From assembly GCA_017546845.1 (NCBI GenBank), contig JAFYRS010000094.1:12573-76572 (forward strand): a stretch of DNA of 64,000 nucleotides, read 5' to 3'. The translations under genes and the position numbers were made by a program. Positions 38,907 through 50,874 of the stretch are shown one piece after another. This DNA comes from Akkermansia sp. Its GTDB lineage: Bacteria > Verrucomicrobiota > Verrucomicrobiia > Verrucomicrobiales > Akkermansiaceae. The stretch's first letter is position 1; every line of letters starts with the position of its first letter. The notes below the pieces were generated by a model. It was not told where the DNA came from, did no database searches, and saw only the letters and a list, made by a program, of their open reading frames with translations.

Positions 38907-40910
38907 TCAATCTTCTGCGAGCAGATCGCGCATGGAGGAGAAGAAATCCGCGCATTCATCCTCCGAAGCCGGGGATTTCATCAGCTTGTCGTAATCCACA
39001 AACTCATACATGTGCTTGGGGATTTCGTGGATGAAGCTGGAGGGCTGGCAGCGTTCCTCCTGACCATAGCGGCTGCGTTTGGCGCAGTAGGTCATGGTCA
39101 GGCGTTCGCGGGCGCGGGTGATTCCCACGTAGAACAGGCGGCGCTCTTCGTCCAGACTCCCTTCGTCCACCGAGCGGGTGTGGGGCAGCAGCCCTTCTTC
39201 CACACCCACAATGTAGACCTGCGGGAACTCCAGCCCCTTGGCGGCATGCATGGTGATGAGACACACGCCGCTCTTGCTTTCGATGTCGTCCTCATCGCGG
39301 GAATCATCCAGGCAGATGCCTGCGAGGAAGTCGGTGAGCTTGTGGCCGGGCAGCCAGTATTGGCGGAGCGCCACCTTGATGTCATCGATGGCCGCCTGGC
39401 GGCGCATCTTTTCTTCCTCCGTCTTGCAGTTCTTGGCAATGTATTCCTCGTAGCCGGTCTCGTTGAGGAAATCCTGGAGGATATCGACAAAGGGGCGTTC
39501 ACTGGCGACAAACTCTGTACCGTAGCGAGTGACCATTTCGGTAAAGACCTCGATGCTGTTCTGCGAGCGGGTGGAGCATTCGTTCAGGAACTCGATATCC
39601 ACCAGCGTTGCCCAGATGCTCTTTTTGTGTTCCCGGCTCCAGTCAATAGCAAGGGATGCCGTGGTGGCAGAGATGCCACGTGGCGGTGTGTTGAGCACGC
39701 GCAGCAGATGCAGGTCTGCATCCGGGTTATCCATCATCTGAAGGTAACTGAGCAGGTCTTTCACCTCGCGGCGGTCAAAGAAGCTCTTGGTGCCCACCAT
39801 GCGGTAGGGGATGTGGCGCTCTCGCATGGCCATTTCCAGCGCGCGGCTCTGCGCATTGGCGCGGAACAGAATGGCAAAGGCTTCCCACGGCAGGTTCTGC
39901 CGGGCGCGGAACTGCTCGATTTCATCGGCAATGAATTCGGCTTCTTCCTGGCTGCCGGGCATGGCCAGCAGCCGCACAGGGTATTCGCCCACTTTGTTGG
40001 TGCGCAGTGTCTTTTCGCGGCGGCCTGCATTGTTGCGAATGAGGATATTGGCGCAGTCGAGCACTTGCTTTGTGCAGCGGTAGTTTTCCTCCAGTTTGAT
40101 GACGGTGGGGTTGGGGAAGAAGCTTTCGAAGTCCAGGATATTGGAAATCTGCGCACCGCGCCAGCCGTATATGGACTGGTCATCATCGCCCACCACGCAG
40201 ACATTGTGCTCCGGGCCGACCAGCTGGCGCAGAAGGCTCATCTGCAGCGAGTTGGTGTCCTGGAACTCATCCACTGTGATATAGGTGAACCGCTTGTTCC
40301 ATTTCTCGTGAACCGTGGGGTAACAGCGCAGCAGGCGCTCGGTCAGGATGAGCAGGTCATCGAAGTCCACAACATTCTGCGCCTTGAGTTCGCGCATGTA
40401 GGCTTTTGATACAGCGGCAATGAGGGTGTCCTCAATCTGGTCCACGGTCAGCCCGTTGTTGCGCACGCGGGACATCTCGGCCAGCACCTGAGCTGGTTCA
40501 AGCTTTTCGCGGCGGGCGCCGTATTCCATAATCAGGCGCTTGAGCAGGCCGCTCTGGTCGCTGCCGGTGTAGATGGAGAAGTTTTCCTTGTAGCCCAGCT
40601 TGCCGATGTCCTGGCGTAGAATGCGCACACAGAGGGAATGGAAGGTGCACACCGTCATGGCGCGGGCAGCCTTGCGGTCCACAAGCCCGGCCACGCGGTC
40701 AGCCATTTCATTGGCTGCCTTGTTGGTGAAAGTGAGCGCCAGAATACCGCGGGGATTCACCCCTTTTTCAATCATGTTGGCGATGCGGCAGGTGACGGTG
40801 CGGGTCTTGCCGGTACCGGCGCCGGCAAGAATGAGAACCGGGCCGTTCAGGGTCTGGACGGCTTGTTTCTGGGCGGCGTTGAGGCTGTTGATATCGAATT
40901 TTTCGGCCAT
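38907..40910 (-). CDS. UvrD/Rep/PcrA-family DNA helicase
   Basis: AGAGTGKT, VDEFQD, GDDDQSIYGWRGA, KGLEF and EERRLFYVGITRA motifs. Confidence 0.95.
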   Translation of the reverse strand: MAEKFDINSLNAAQKQAVQTLNGPVLILAGAGTGKTRTVTCRIANMIEKGVNPRGILALTFTNKAANEMADRVAGLVDRKAARAMTVCTFHSLCVRILRQDIGKLGYKENFSIYTGSDQSGLLKRLIMEYGARREKLEPAQVLAEMSRVRNNGLTVDQIEDTLIAAVSKAYMRELKAQNVVDFDDLLILTERLLRCYPTVHEKWNKRFTYITVDEFQDTNSLQMSLLRQLVGPEHNVCVVGDDDQSIYGWRGAQISNILDFESFFPNPTVIKLEENYRCTKQVLDCANILIRNNAGRREKTLRTNKVGEYPVRLLAMPGSQEEAEFIADEIEQFRARQNLPWEAFAILFRANAQSRALEMAMRERHIPYRMVGTKSFFDRREVKDLLSYLQMMDNPDADLHLLRVLNTPPRGISATTASLAIDWSREHKKSIWATLVDIEFLNECSTRSQNSIEVFTEMVTRYGTEFVASERPFVDILQDFLNETGYEEYIAKNCKTEEEKMRRQAAIDDIKVALRQYWLPGHKLTDFLAGICLDDSRDEDDIESKSGVCLITMHAAKGLEFPQVYIVGVEEGLLPHTRSVDEGSLDEERRLFYVGITRARERLTMTYCAKRSRYGQEERCQPSSFIHEIPKHMYEFVDYDKLMKSPASEDECADFFSSMRDLLAED

Positions 40911-40999
40911 GGCAAAAGGGCTGCAAGAGGGTAGCAGATTCTCTCCTGCCGCGCAAGATTATTTCCTGCGGCATGGCTGATTGTGCCACGTTTGCAGAA

Positions 41000-41028
41000 T
41001 TGACAAGGGAACGGCTATTTGTTACACT
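41000..41028 (+). promoter_or_regulatory. sigma70-type promoter, apparently leaderless
   Basis: TTGACA-17-TACACT, 6 nt before ATG 41035. Confidence 0.7.
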
Positions 41029-41034
41029 CACAGC

Positions 41035-42474
41035 ATGAGAGTACGGAGAGTCATTCTGGCGTTGGTGAGTGGATTGTTCATGTTGGCATCGGTGCAGAGC
41101 AGTGCCGCAGCGGAGACTAAGGAGGAGCGCGATACGCGTATGCAGTGGTGGAGGGATGCCAAGTTCGGGATGTTCATCCATTATGGCTTGTACTCTGGTC
41201 TGGCGGGTGAGTTCAAGGGAATCCCCGGTGGCGGTGAGTGGATTCAATGCAATCTCGGGCTGGATACGGATACCTACGCGGCGGAGACGCTGCCTTTGTT
41301 CCGGCCGGAGCCCGGGTGCACCGAGGCCTGGGCTGCGCTGGCCAAAGAGGCCGGCTGCCGCTATATGGTGCTGACAACGAAGCATCATGAAGGCTTTGCC
41401 TTGTTCGATGCGCCGAATTCGGAATATTGCAGCGGGGCTCTGCTGGGGCGCGATATCGTGAAGGAGTTCACCGATTCTGCCCGTGCCGCCGGCATGCGCG
41501 TGGGCCTTTACCACAGTGTGATTGACTGGCACCAGAAGGATTATGATAACACCATCTGCCCGGATTTGTGTTATCCCACCGGGCAGGAAAGAATGCTGCA
41601 GGAGAAGCAGATTCCGCGCAACCATGCCGCGTATCAGGACTACCTGCATACCCAGGTGCGGCATCTGGTGCGCAACTACGGCCCCGTTGATATCATGTGG
41701 TGGGATTACTCGCAGGGAAATCTTTCCGGCGAGGCCTGGAAGGCGCAGGAGTTGATGCAGACCTGCCGCGATGCGAACCCCGATGTGCTTTTCAACAATC
41801 GTCTGTACGCTTTCAGCGGATTCGACCCCTCTGCCGATACCAAGGCGCTGGATTTCAGCAAAGGCGATTTCTCCACCCCGGAGAAGCGTATTCCGCGCGA
41901 GGGATACCCCGGTCGCGACTGGGAGGCCTGCATGACAGTGGGTAACCGCTGGGGTTACCACCGCGATGACCACCGCCATTATAAAACCCCGGAGAAGATT
42001 ATCTACCAGCTGCAGGAATGCGCCGCCAAGGGGGGCAACCTGCTGCTCAATATCGGCCCGAAGGCAGATGGCTCCATTCCTGAGGGGATTGTCGAGGTGT
42101 TCAAACGCGTGGGCGTGTGGATGAAGGTGAATGGAGAATCCATCTACAACAGCCGCCCGCTGCCGCAGGATGCGCTGGATCTGCCGGAGGAAGTTACGGC
42201 ATCCGTGGTGTGGGATGACATTTACCTGTTCCTGCCCAAGCGCGTGCCGGGCGAGGAGGAAATGGATTATGTCATCAGTTTCCCGGCCAACCAGGTGAAT
42301 GCCATTTACCCCACGATTCTGGGACAGCCCGATTGCGAGGTCTCCATGGAGCGTGTGGAAGACCATGTGGAAGGCGGCGAGCCTCAGATTTACCTGGATA
42401 TTGTGATTCCGGCCGAGGCCTGGCATCATGCTGTGGAAGGCCTGCCCGTGCTGAAACTTGGATACGACGGTTAA
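41035..42474 (+). CDS. alpha-L-fucosidase (GH29), secreted
   Basis: Signal peptide; WWRDAKFGMFIHYG, TKHHEGF, MWWD and GGNLLLNIGP motifs. Confidence 0.93.
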   Translation: MRVRRVILALVSGLFMLASVQSSAAAETKEERDTRMQWWRDAKFGMFIHYGLYSGLAGEFKGIPGGGEWIQCNLGLDTDTYAAETLPLFRPEPGCTEAWAALAKEAGCRYMVLTTKHHEGFALFDAPNSEYCSGALLGRDIVKEFTDSARAAGMRVGLYHSVIDWHQKDYDNTICPDLCYPTGQERMLQEKQIPRNHAAYQDYLHTQVRHLVRNYGPVDIMWWDYSQGNLSGEAWKAQELMQTCRDANPDVLFNNRLYAFSGFDPSADTKALDFSKGDFSTPEKRIPREGYPGRDWEACMTVGNRWGYHRDDHRHYKTPEKIIYQLQECAAKGGNLLLNIGPKADGSIPEGIVEVFKRVGVWMKVNGESIYNSRPLPQDALDLPEEVTASVVWDDIYLFLPKRVPGEEEMDYVISFPANQVNAIYPTILGQPDCEVSMERVEDHVEGGEPQIYLDIVIPAEAWHHAVEGLPVLKLGYDG

Positions 42475-42484
42475 ATTACTGCCT

Positions 42485-43213
42485 ATGCCCTATTCCTCAT
42501 ACGATTTGCCTTGCGTGGTGGCGCAGCAGTATATCCTCACCTCTGTGGTGGCGGAGGATGCTGATACGGTCACCTATGCCGCCACCCAGAAGAACATGAG
42601 CCGCGAGGTACTGGTGCGCAGCTTGCGCCCGGCTGCCATGCTGGATAACCACAAGGTGCGTTTCTTTGTGGAAACGGCCCGCCTGCAGGCCCGACTGGAG
42701 CACCCGAACATCGCGGCACCTCTGGAGCTGCTGCAGGCTGACGGCACGTGGCATCTGGCCATGGAGCGCATCAAGGGTGAGCCGTTGGATATGATGGTGA
42801 GCAATGGTCGTGTGCTGCCGTCGCGCGTGATCTGCGGGCTTCTTCAGCAGCTTTGCCGCGTGTGCATTTATCTGGATATTGAGCGTATAGCTTCTGTTCC
42901 CTTCTCACTGGAGCATACCTACCTCATGGAAATCAATTTCCGCTTTGACAATATGGCCCAGGCTGGCTCCCGCCCCCGCCATGAAAGCATGCGGTATCTC
43001 TCCGATGCCTGCCGCCTCGTCAAACCACTGCTGGATATGAACAGCCCGCTGGCGGCTCATCTGCGCATTGTGATGAAACACATGCAGAGCGTAGGGGCAT
43101 GGCGTCCGCTCACCCCGGTGTATTTCAATGAAGAGCTTACCCGCCTGCAGATGGAGATCCTGCGTATTCAGACGGGGGAAAAAGCCCTTGTTTCCAATGC
43201 GTATACAAAATGA
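42485..43213 (+). CDS. Ser/Thr protein kinase-like protein (pseudokinase)
   Basis: ARLEHPNI and LAMERIKGEPL match subdomains IV-V; VAIK, HRD and DFG are absent. Confidence 0.7.
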   Translation: MPYSSYDLPCVVAQQYILTSVVAEDADTVTYAATQKNMSREVLVRSLRPAAMLDNHKVRFFVETARLQARLEHPNIAAPLELLQADGTWHLAMERIKGEPLDMMVSNGRVLPSRVICGLLQQLCRVCIYLDIERIASVPFSLEHTYLMEINFRFDNMAQAGSRPRHESMRYLSDACRLVKPLLDMNSPLAAHLRIVMKHMQSVGAWRPLTPVYFNEELTRLQMEILRIQTGEKALVSNAYTK

Positions 43214-44406
43214 AGATACAAAGGGGTATCCGCTGGATCAGTATTGTTTCGCTGGGGCTGTTTGGCCTGACCTGTCTGGGAATTGCCTGCTGGCTGTATG
43301 CCTGGCGCTGGAGCGGAACGCCCGAGCCACATGACAGCCTGCCCGCGCACGAAGTTCGCCTGCTCCGTGAGTATGATGATTTTCTGGTTTCCACGGCGGT
43401 TGCCCATGAACGGATGGAATTATCGCATTGGTGGAAAGAGAATGAACTTGATCATCCTGATTCCTGGCTGGTGAAGCTTTCGATTACCCTTGCTGCAGAT
43501 TGGATTTCAAAAAGACGCCATGCTCCGCATCGCGGGCATATCCACTCGCTCTTGCTGAACAATACCGCTCAACAGATTAATACAGGCCTTGCTTTTCATG
43601 CCTTACGCAAGCAAGATGTGCCCTTATTCAAGATGCTGGTAGATAAGGTGTCGGATACAACATCTCCGCATGAAATGGGGGCCTTATTGTACAGAGTGGC
43701 ATTTTTCGTACCGTCCGCTTTATCCTGTCTTCCTGTGGAGGATAGACTGGCGTTGATGGATTGGCTACATGAGCAAAAAGATGCGGTTTGTTCATTGCCT
43801 CCTCACCGGGTGCTGGAGGCTGCAAGACTCTCGTTGATGTACTCCGATGACAAGGCGGGCGCTATTCTGGATTGGTTCCTGCGAAAGGGGTGCAAATTGA
43901 ATCCAGAGGAAACACTGGCCTTGCTGTTGTCGCAACCAGAGGCTTTGCCCACTTTGCAGAAATTGATTGCAGACGGCTTGCTGCCCGCGCCACCTCAGAC
44001 GCTGGCTCCGTATCTGGAGTGCTCGCCGCTGCAATTGGTGGCAGGTCAGACAATGCCTGCGCCCGATACCGTTCGCTGGCTCCTCACATCCGGGCATAGT
44101 GTCCACGGTAAGGCGGCTGCTTCTTCAGCCAGTCACGAACTGCCGGGGTTCTGCCTTCTTTCACCGCTGGATGCGTGCGTGCAGGCGATGCAGTATCTGA
44201 GCCTTGAAAGTACGGCGGCAGCAGGTCACCTTGAAGTGCTGTCTCTGTTGTTGCAACAGGGCGCAGTCCCATCAGCCGGAACGAAGGATTTGCTGCCGAT
44301 GTTCGATGCCGGGTTGCGGAGTCGGATTGTGTCGCTTATGGAACAGCACGGGTATTATATCCTGTCCGGGGAGAATTCCTGCAATGCCTGCTGCCAGCCG
44401 GAATAA
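43210..44406 (+). CDS. membrane-anchored hypothetical protein with ankyrin-like repeats
   Basis: N-terminal TM; SPLQLV..TVRWLLTSG, SPLDAC and AAAGHLEVLSLLLQQGA segments. Confidence 0.6.
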   Translation: MKIQRGIRWISIVSLGLFGLTCLGIACWLYAWRWSGTPEPHDSLPAHEVRLLREYDDFLVSTAVAHERMELSHWWKENELDHPDSWLVKLSITLAADWISKRRHAPHRGHIHSLLLNNTAQQINTGLAFHALRKQDVPLFKMLVDKVSDTTSPHEMGALLYRVAFFVPSALSCLPVEDRLALMDWLHEQKDAVCSLPPHRVLEAARLSLMYSDDKAGAILDWFLRKGCKLNPEETLALLLSQPEALPTLQKLIADGLLPAPPQTLAPYLECSPLQLVAGQTMPAPDTVRWLLTSGHSVHGKAAASSASHELPGFCLLSPLDACVQAMQYLSLESTAAAGHLEVLSLLLQQGAVPSAGTKDLLPMFDAGLRSRIVSLMEQHGYYILSGENSCNACCQPE

Positions 44407-44412
44407 AAAAAT

Positions 44413-44439
44413 TACCGCCCCGGTACTGGCGGGGCGGTA
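44413..44439 (-). terminator. terminator after rsfS
   Basis: TACCGCCCCG/CGGGGCGGTA stem with upstream A run. Confidence 0.75.
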
Positions 44440-44470
44440 GAGAAATCAAAACAGGTAGTGCGCTGGGAAA

Positions 44471-44830
44471 TCAGGCTTCGTCGCCGTCGTTCCACTCAAT
44501 GCGGTTCTCCGGCTTCCAGAGTGTTTCCAGCTCGTAGAATTCGCGGGTCTCGCCGGCCATGACGTGGAGCATCACATCAATGTAGTCGAGCACGCACCAC
44601 AGGGCGTTGGGCGTGCGCTCGGCGTATACGGGTGAGATTTCGTATTTCTCCCACACCTCTTTGTCCACATCGCCCATGATGGCGCGGAGATGCGGCACGG
44701 AGGTGGCGGTGCATACCACGGCGAAATCCGTGATGGAGGATGTGCCGCGCAGGTCGTAGATGGCGATGTCGGAGGCTTTGGCGTCGCAAGCCACCTGGGC
44801 GCAGGCAAAGGCGAGTTGTTTGCTGTTCAT
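44471..44830 (-). CDS. rsfS: ribosome silencing factor RsfS (Iojap)
   Basis: DAKASDI, TDFAVVCT, WCVLDYIDVMLHV and REFYELETLW motifs. Confidence 0.92.
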   Translation of the reverse strand: MNSKQLAFACAQVACDAKASDIAIYDLRGTSSITDFAVVCTATSVPHLRAIMGDVDKEVWEKYEISPVYAERTPNALWCVLDYIDVMLHVMAGETREFYELETLWKPENRIEWNDGDEA

Positions 44831-44852
44831 ATTGTGTGTGTCGGTAAGGGGG

Positions 44853-47180
44853 TTAGAGGGTCGTGTCTTCTTTCTTTTCTTCATCAGTGGCAGCTGCCGG
44901 AGCTTCTTCCTGCGGTGCAGGGGGCTCGTCATCCGGCGTCTGCAAATCCGTGGGTGCCTCCTCATCCATGGGGATGGGCGGCGGCAGCTGGCGCACGGGC
45001 GGGTCGCTCATTTCACCGGTTTCCAGCAGCTCGGCCACCTGCTTGCCGCTCAGGGTTTCAAACTCGATGAGCTTGTCTGCAATGAGCTTCAGGCGCTCCT
45101 GGTTCTCGGTCAGGATGGTGACGGCGCGGTTGTAGTTCTCGGTCACAATGCGCTGGATTTCCTCATCGATTATCTGCGCTGTGTGTTCGGAGAAGTTGCG
45201 GGTGGTCTGGGAGATGTCGCGGGCCAGGAATACCTCATTGTGGTTGGTTCCGTATTCAATGGGACCCAGTTTGTCGCTCATGCCGTAGACGCACACCATC
45301 TTGCGGGCAATGCTGGTTGCCTGGTGGATATCACCGCGGGCTCCGCCGGAAACATCGCCAAACACCACGAGCTCTGCGCAGCGGCCACCCATGGCCATGA
45401 CGATGTAGTCCAGCAGCTCGCTCTTGTATTCGCTGTGCTTATCTTCATCCGGCAGCATCATGGTGACACCCAGTGCCGGACCGCGGGGAATGATGGTGAC
45501 CTTGTGCAGGGGCAGGCTCTTGGCCAGCGCGGTCTTGAGCAGGCACACGGCGTGGCCGGCTTCGTGCACGGCGGTCATGTATTTCTCCTTGTCAGAGATT
45601 TCCAGTGAGCGGCGTTCGCGTCCCCAGCGTACTTTTTCGCGCGCTTCCTCCAGGTCTGCCTGCTGCACGGTGGGCTTGTTGTGGCGGGCGGCAATGAGGG
45701 CAGCCTCGTTCACCAGGTTGGCAAGCTCTGCGCCGGAGAAACCGGTGGTGGCGCGGGCTATCGGCCCGAGGTCTACCTCCGGGGCCAGCTTCACCTTGCG
45801 GGCATGCACGCGCAGAATCTGCTCGCGGCCGGCGGCATCGGGCAGGTTTACCGTCACCTGGCGGTCAAAGCGGCCGGGGCGCAGCAGGGCGGGGTCGAGC
45901 ACGTCTACTCGGTTGGTGGCGGCAATGACGATGACATTTTCATTGGCGGTGAAACCGTCCATTTCCACCAGCAGGGCGTTGAGGGTCTGCTCGCGTTCAT
46001 CGTGCCCACCGCCTACGCCATGGCCTCGGTGACGCCCCACGGCATCGATTTCGTCGATGAAGATGAGGCAGGGGCTGTGCTTCTTTGCCTCGGCGAACAT
46101 ATCGCGCACGCGGCTGGCACCCACACCCACGAACATTTCCACAAAGTCAGAGCCGGAAATGGTGTAGAACGGCACACCGGCTTCACCGGCAATGGCGCGT
46201 GCCAGCAGGGTCTTGCCCGTGCCGGGAGGGCCTACCATGAGCACGCCCTTGGGAATGGTGCCGCCCAGGTTGCGGAACTTCTGGGGATTACGCAGGAATT
46301 CAACGATTTCCCACACTTCTTCCTTGGCTTCGGAGATACCGGCTACATCCTTGAAGGTGACCTTGTTCTGGTTGGGGTCGAGCAGGCGGGCGCGGCTGCG
46401 TGCAAACTTCATGGCGCCGCCCGGGCCGCCGCTCTGCGCGCGGAAGAAGAAGAAGAGCAGTAGAAGCACAATGGCAAAGGGCAGCACGTTCATGAGGAAC
46501 ATGCTCCAGGTGTTGCTCTCAACAATGTATCTGACCTTGTTGCCCAGCAGGTTGCGCACCTGCTCACCCTGGAAGGCGGGATTGAACTCCACGCGCACGG
46601 GTTCCAGGTCCTTGAGCTCTGCCTTATTGATGGGGGCAAGGCGGTATTCACCCACGATGACCCCCTGGCCGGATGCTTCATAGATGACCGGGCTGCTGGC
46701 GCTGGTGATGATGCGGCCTTCTGCACCCATGCGGGCAAATTCCTCAGTGGACCAGATGCGGTCTCCCTGCAGCTCCAGTGTCTGCGGGGTTGTTTCCACA
46801 CGCGTAGTGGTGGTGATGCCGAAGCGGTTGCACAGCGAACGCACTTCGTCAGAATCGGTGAAGGGCATGTAGAACGCAGCCTTGGGGAACTGCGGCAGAT
46901 TGCGGTATTCGTATGCGGTGATGACACCTTCAGAGGAGCCGGCATCCAGCGTGACCTCAATGGGGAACTCCTTGGGCTGGCTCAGCACCACTTTGCCGCC
47001 TTTGTAGTCCTTGGTGAATTGCTCCAGAGTAATGGAGCGACCGGGGGAAGCCAGTGCGCCGTCAAACACAAAGGCGACCATGAGGATACCGACGATGACG
47101 GTCATGAGAATCATGACACCCCAGTTGGGGGGATTACCGGGGAGTGGGGATTTGTTGGGCTGTTTGTTCGGGTCAGACAT
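44853..47180 (-). CDS. ftsH: ATP-dependent zinc metalloprotease FtsH
   Basis: 2 [23 protein letters not shown] and HEAGH motifs. Confidence 0.97.
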   Translation of the reverse strand: MSDPNKQPNKSPLPGNPPNWGVMILMTVIVGILMVAFVFDGALASPGRSITLEQFTKDYKGGKVVLSQPKEFPIEVTLDAGSSEGVITAYEYRNLPQFPKAAFYMPFTDSDEVRSLCNRFGITTTTRVETTPQTLELQGDRIWSTEEFARMGAEGRIITSASSPVIYEASGQGVIVGEYRLAPINKAELKDLEPVRVEFNPAFQGEQVRNLLGNKVRYIVESNTWSMFLMNVLPFAIVLLLLFFFFRAQSGGPGGAMKFARSRARLLDPNQNKVTFKDVAGISEAKEEVWEIVEFLRNPQKFRNLGGTIPKGVLMVGPPGTGKTLLARAIAGEAGVPFYTISGSDFVEMFVGVGASRVRDMFAEAKKHSPCLIFIDEIDAVGRHRGHGVGGGHDEREQTLNALLVEMDGFTANENVIVIAATNRVDVLDPALLRPGRFDRQVTVNLPDAAGREQILRVHARKVKLAPEVDLGPIARATTGFSGAELANLVNEAALIAARHNKPTVQQADLEEAREKVRWGRERRSLEISDKEKYMTAVHEAGHAVCLLKTALAKSLPLHKVTIIPRGPALGVTMMLPDEDKHSEYKSELLDYIVMAMGGRCAELVVFGDVSGGARGDIHQATSIARKMVCVYGMSDKLGPIEYGTNHNEVFLARDISQTTRNFSEHTAQIIDEEIQRIVTENYNRAVTILTENQERLKLIADKLIEFETLSGKQVAELLETGEMSDPPVRQLPPPIPMDEEAPTDLQTPDDEPPAPQEEAPAAATDEEKKEDTTL

Positions 47181-47321
47181 ATCGGGGATTGGCGGTATTT
47201 TTGCAGATTTTACCGCAGCTGTGCTTGTTTAGAAATGATGTTTTGTGCCATAAAGGCTGAAAAGGGAGTCAGCATTACGCGGAGAAAAGCGCGGTGCGTC
47301 CGCGCTTTTCTCCTGCCTGGC

Positions 47322-48683
47322 TTAAATCAGGTGTCCCATGCGGTCACGCTTGGTGTCGAGGTAGTATTTGTTCTCCGCATGTGCGGCTATGCTGATGGGT
47401 ACGTGCTCCACCACTTCCAGACCATGGCCGGAGAGACCCTGAATCTTGAGCGGATTGTTGGTGAGCAGGCGCAGCTGGCGCACGCCGAGGTCGCGCAGAA
47501 TCTGGGCGCCCACGCCGTAGTCCCGCAAATCCGGGGCAAAGCCCAGCTTGATGTTGGCGTCCACGGTGTCGTAGCCCTGTTCCTGGAGCTTGTATGCGTG
47601 CAGTTTGGCCGAAAGACCGATGCCGCGGCCTTCCTGGCGCAGGTAGAGGATAATGCCGCCTTCCTGTGCCACGCGGCGCATGGCGGCGTGCAGCTGGCTG
47701 CCGCAGTCGCAGCGGCGGCTGGCAAAGACATCGCCCGTGAGGCATTCGCTGTGCACGCGGCAGAGCACCGGCTTCTCCGGGTCAAAAGGCCCGTGCACCA
47801 GCGCCAGGTGGCACTTGCCGTCCACCTTGGAATGGTAGGAGTAGCAGTCAAAATCACCGAAATCGGTGGGAAGTTTGACCACTTCCTCCCGCTCCACGAG
47901 TTTTTCTGTGTGCTGGCGGTGCTCGATAATCTGTGCCAGGGAGCACGCCTTGAGCCCGAACTTGCGCTGGAACTCACCCATTTCACCCAGGCGGGCCATG
48001 GTGCCGTCATCCTTCATGATTTCGCAGCACACACCCACCGGCTCCATGCCGGCGATGCGCAGAATATCGACTGTGCCTTCGGTGTGTCCGGCGCGGCGGA
48101 TGACTCCACCCTCAACCGCGCGCAGCGGGAAACAGTGGCCGGGCTGCACAAAATCATCGAGCGTGCAGCGGGGATCGGCCAGCTTCATGGTGGTGATGGA
48201 GCGTTCAAAGGCGCTGATGCCGGTGGTGATGCCTTCCTTGGCATCCACACTTACGGTGAAAGCGGTGTGCAGTTTTTCCGTGTTGTGCTGGGTCTGCATG
48301 GGCAGCCCCAGGGCATCGACGCGTTCCGGCGCCATGGGCACACAGATAAGTCCGCGGGCGTGCGTGGCAATGAAGTTGATATTCTGCGGTGTGGCAAACT
48401 GACCGGCGCACACGAGGTCCACCTCGTTTTCGCGCTGCGGGTCATCCGTCATCAGGATGAGCTTGCCCATGCGCAAATCCTCCAGCACCTCCTCCAGCGG
48501 GGAATAGACAATGGGGTCTGAACCATCTGCCACGGGTACGGTGCAGGGCACGGGTGCCACGGTTTCCTGCTCGGCTGCAGGTGCAGGGGGTAATTCTTCG
48601 CCCATGGTGGCAGCATCGCAACGATTGATGAAATCGTTGATATCGAAGCTGCCGTTAGTGGCGGTGAATTCAATATGCTTCAT
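47322..48683 (-). CDS. ribBA: bifunctional DHBP synthase / GTP cyclohydrolase II
   Basis: RENEVD, FTVSVD, RAGHTE, RVHSECLTGD and EGRGIGL motifs; ~55-aa N-terminal extension, start uncertain. Confidence 0.95.
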   Translation of the reverse strand: MKHIEFTATNGSFDINDFINRCDAATMGEELPPAPAAEQETVAPVPCTVPVADGSDPIVYSPLEEVLEDLRMGKLILMTDDPQRENEVDLVCAGQFATPQNINFIATHARGLICVPMAPERVDALGLPMQTQHNTEKLHTAFTVSVDAKEGITTGISAFERSITTMKLADPRCTLDDFVQPGHCFPLRAVEGGVIRRAGHTEGTVDILRIAGMEPVGVCCEIMKDDGTMARLGEMGEFQRKFGLKACSLAQIIEHRQHTEKLVEREEVVKLPTDFGDFDCYSYHSKVDGKCHLALVHGPFDPEKPVLCRVHSECLTGDVFASRRCDCGSQLHAAMRRVAQEGGIILYLRQEGRGIGLSAKLHAYKLQEQGYDTVDANIKLGFAPDLRDYGVGAQILRDLGVRQLRLLTNNPLKIQGLSGHGLEVVEHVPISIAAHAENKYYLDTKRDRMGHLI

Positions 48684-48694
48684 GGTGCTCAGCC

Positions 48695-50371
<1,677 letters not shown>

Positions 50372-50468
50372 GCGCGCGATTCTAACGCCAAATCCCGCGT
50401 AAATCAAGCGAATTCCGGCTCATGACATAGAGAGAGGGAGGGGGATTGTTTTCAAACGCCAGCCCCGT

Positions 50469-50571
50469 AAAAAGGAAGTCACCCAGGAGCCGAAGCTCCT
50501 GGGTGCCCAACTACCCTATGAATCGGACCCTTTCGAGCCCGGGAACTTATTTTACGTCCAGTCCCGAAGAC
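50469..50571 (-). ncRNA. candidate small RNA A (~100 nt)
   Basis: Promoter TTGACG-17-TATATT (50606-50578); GGGCUC-GAAA-GGGUCC hairpin whose G-U pairs form only on this strand; 11-bp stem with UUCG loop plus U tail. Confidence 0.7.
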
Positions 50572-50768
50572 AGAGGAAATATACCTGATTTGTTGTATCG
50601 CGTCAAGAGAAATAACAAAAAAATCTGCAGTTTCCTTATCTTTTTGATATGGCGCACGATGTGCCCACATTCAATGAACACTCTTAACCGATAGTTCTGA
50701 TGGTTGCGACAGCCATAAGCCCGGCGCTACATGGTAGTAGCTGAGTCTGTTAGAGTGCCAGACATCTG

Positions 50769-50874
50769 AAAACAGAAAACGGGTGCTTTTCCGTGTTGCC
50801 GTTGGCTTAATGCCAACACCCTATGTTTTTCTCTCGATGAATAATAAACAACACGTTAGATTGAAAAGCACCCG
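50769..50874 (-). ncRNA. candidate small RNA B (~105 nt)
   Basis: Promoter TTGCTT-16-TAATAT (50908-50881); predicted start coincides with a 12-bp + 7-bp terminal stem closing the molecule, followed by UUUUCUGUUUU. Confidence 0.6.

Noticed and set aside
48684-48694. FMN riboswitch upstream of ribBA
   Set aside because: Only 11 nt separate glnS and ribBA; no room and no motif.
50446-50694. 82-aa plus-strand ORF antisense to sRNA A (type I toxin idea)
   Set aside because: No clear TM helix or promoter, and it crosses the AT-rich promoter of sRNA A; not fully excluded.
50678-50760. tRNA call for the CCA-ending structured element
   Set aside because: No TTCG/A T-loop at the proper position, no D-loop GG pattern, and a mismatched acceptor stem; kept only as an unknown structure.
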